Of a stretch of DNA of 64,000 bases, positions 63,301 through 64,000 are shown piece by piece; positions within the stretch are counted from its first letter, which is position 1, and each line of letters starts with the position of its first letter. This DNA comes from an uncultured Gemmatimonadales bacterium (GTDB lineage Bacteria > Gemmatimonadota > Gemmatimonadetes > Longimicrobiales > RSA9). The notes beneath the pieces were generated by a model. The model made no database searches. It saw only the letters and a program-made list of their open reading frames with translations, and had not been told where the DNA came from. The DNA is taken from NCBI GenBank assembly GCA_963798085.1, contig CAWCRS010000007.1, forward strand, positions 192,001 through 256,000, written 5' to 3'. Position numbers and translations under genes: made by a program.

Positions 63301-64000
63301 GCGGACATGAAGTTCTACTGGAGCACCGCCGGCCTGGACAGCGTGATTGACGTCACGCACAACGTGACCGTGCCGTTCGCCGGCGCCGCACGAGCCAGTT
63401 TCGGTTTCCTGACGGACAACGGTGACAAGGACGGGAAGCTCACCTACGGCGACTTCTACTACATCCCCGGGTTCGAGAGTACGGGCAACATCGGCTCGTT
63501 CTCGCAGAACAGTCCGGCGCCGCTGAGCCGCCAGCCCGTATCGATGCCGGTCGACGTTACGGGTGACCTGCAACCTGACGGCAATGGCTTCGGCATCTAC
63601 ATTGCGGGCGAGCCCTTCCTGTTCATGGGCCCGGTTCCCACCAGTGGCGTATGGACGCTGCGCACGTACGCGGGCACCGTGACGCAGAACAGCGCCGGTC
63701 AGTACAGCTTCACCCCGTACGGAGCGTTCCCGGCCGTGCCGGGTCTGCGCTTCGTGGTCAACGTGACGGCGCCGGCCACGATCGTTGCGGATCAGGCGGA
63801 TCTGTCCAAGGTGCACACGGTGCCGGACCCCTACTACGCGGTCAGCCAATTCGAACTGGGTCCATCCTCGAAGGAGCTGCATTTCATCAACCTGCCGGCC
63901 AAGGCGACCATCCGCATTTACAGCATGAGCGGCGTGCTCGTCGACATCCTGAATCACGACAATGTGTCCGGCAGCGGCCAGGAGCCGTGGGACCTGCGCA
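60397..64000 (+). CDS. Large secreted protein (>1200 aa, partial) ending in a T9SS-CTD/FlgD-Ig-like domain
   Basis: Absent from the ORF track because no stop lies in the window. ATG after GGGAG; signal peptide; same frame at both ends; EGYRIY, YFYKVTAFD, VHTVPDPYY...HFINLPAKATIRIYSMSGVLV...WDLR. Confidence 0.85.
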   Translation, partial: MNRETRGGLARRTGLAALSAMLLLPTFVAGQSVAEKYRQARERSSPFNLSSSANSVLQVNKFQCGLSNKGFVCTNVFDSPTGGGGFWPTGTVDQYMFRSGGQIFGIIPGSKADNPWAGDTVGAFFNEGTGQRGHGTPVTEIYNSLDPNDLANWPDVGSVDHFPEATAWVTDTSLFNDVLIGRKAASQQDTWQLYWDGDPGPTLGRNHPMGILVEQRSLAWNYPSGNEAIIYFIYKFTNVTNNPYFQQLNEAKFFGGANQLPDGGWRIDSIYVAVDSDADVDADKADQNYATGILPFNLGIAYLNSFYEPAFDYPPSEFHAPFFPAAVGIVGVKFLKSPTNPATGKEVGLTSLSLHTNGGAFPDPANVQRGWRYVSLNVDAGKGDPNCTFSINEVKARRACYLGQTASDVRFFIGSGPFSLDPGQSATVAVAMYAAATVATSQIQITADNKPGIPSIHPGCFGDPIRPIEVGSGWVKTNTCPSDPADAVDQHDVQVVTGSLLGKGLVAQAIFDNKFLLGFAPETPTFQLVPGNNQITVVWEPSNTEKEGDPFFVAAGDPNSPLYDPNYRQFNVEGYRIYRGTTPGNLHLIAQFDKKGSVFEDNLCVTDPTFVVGDTCPGSTEVDLTGAFVQYPPGGVVRLADGTPLVVKADTALAAEIAAGNGQPLSDTGIPYAYVDKDVRNGFQYFYKVTAFDINSLNSGPSSLESAGGSKNTTPRAAATSLADAQFAVGLFGRGNTPLTGQAPSIDPVTGEFSGPAAPTGLMTGEFLPFAAQLLPAGTKEIRIDSVVPGYYPNGVIATFYVTADGQHTSVQFSNGNVSGGHTDPETHDLPVVSVASDPTIRQQLIAKGVDAPASAGSLTAQLASERPHWGSVDSDWAFKQPGFWDPYDPPTTLPGGSRWFTGANEATKDPTAGYAAGFIQGYTIFKPEPYQTVAPAPTGATALTAFRGQSGDIMRRFYGTTFGAHRAADMKFYWSTAGLDSVIDVTHNVTVPFAGAARASFGFLTDNGDKDGKLTYGDFYYIPGFESTGNIGSFSQNSPAPLSRQPVSMPVDVTGDLQPDGNGFGIYIAGEPFLFMGPVPTSGVWTLRTYAGTVTQNSAGQYSFTPYGAFPAVPGLRFVVNVTAPATIVADQADLSKVHTVPDPYYAVSQFELGPSSKELHFINLPAKATIRIYSMSGVLVDILNHDNVSGSGQEPWDLR

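Overview
GC-rich bacterial chromosomal window. The gene mix (PadR plus duplicated-permease pair, GWxTD-type protein, Ser/Thr kinase-TPR, TonB receptor with a T9SS-like partner) suggests Gemmatimonadota or a related FCB lineage; this is inference. 1-16.4 kb is a type I-G (I-U) CRISPR-Cas locus: cas3 (runs off the left edge), csb2 and cas7/csb1 on the minus strand, an embedded HEPN-MNT gene pair, divergent cas4-cas1 fusion and cas2, a leader, and a 76-repeat array (36-bp repeat ATTTCCGCGCTCACACGAGCGCGGCCCCATTGAAGC, hand count). A 2,076-bp IS21-family element splits the array after repeat 36. The spacer cut by the IS has a 13-nt perfect seed match, next to a TTC PAM, to the host flavin reductase gene at 42587. 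The remainder is accessory and housekeeping genes: kinase, serine hydrolase, YfcC, FGase, ADOP permease/PadR, glycosylasparaginase, MscS, two paralogous beta-barrel proteins, PP2C, a sigma70 factor preceded by a ~160-nt structured element, a BtuFCD-like ABC importer, sbcDC, DUF2723, hydantoinase A, trpE, a GWxTD-type protein, a TonB receptor and a large secreted protein cut by the right edge. At least seven genes carry apparent single-base frameshifts, probably long-read assembly errors, so single-base claims need read-level confirmation.
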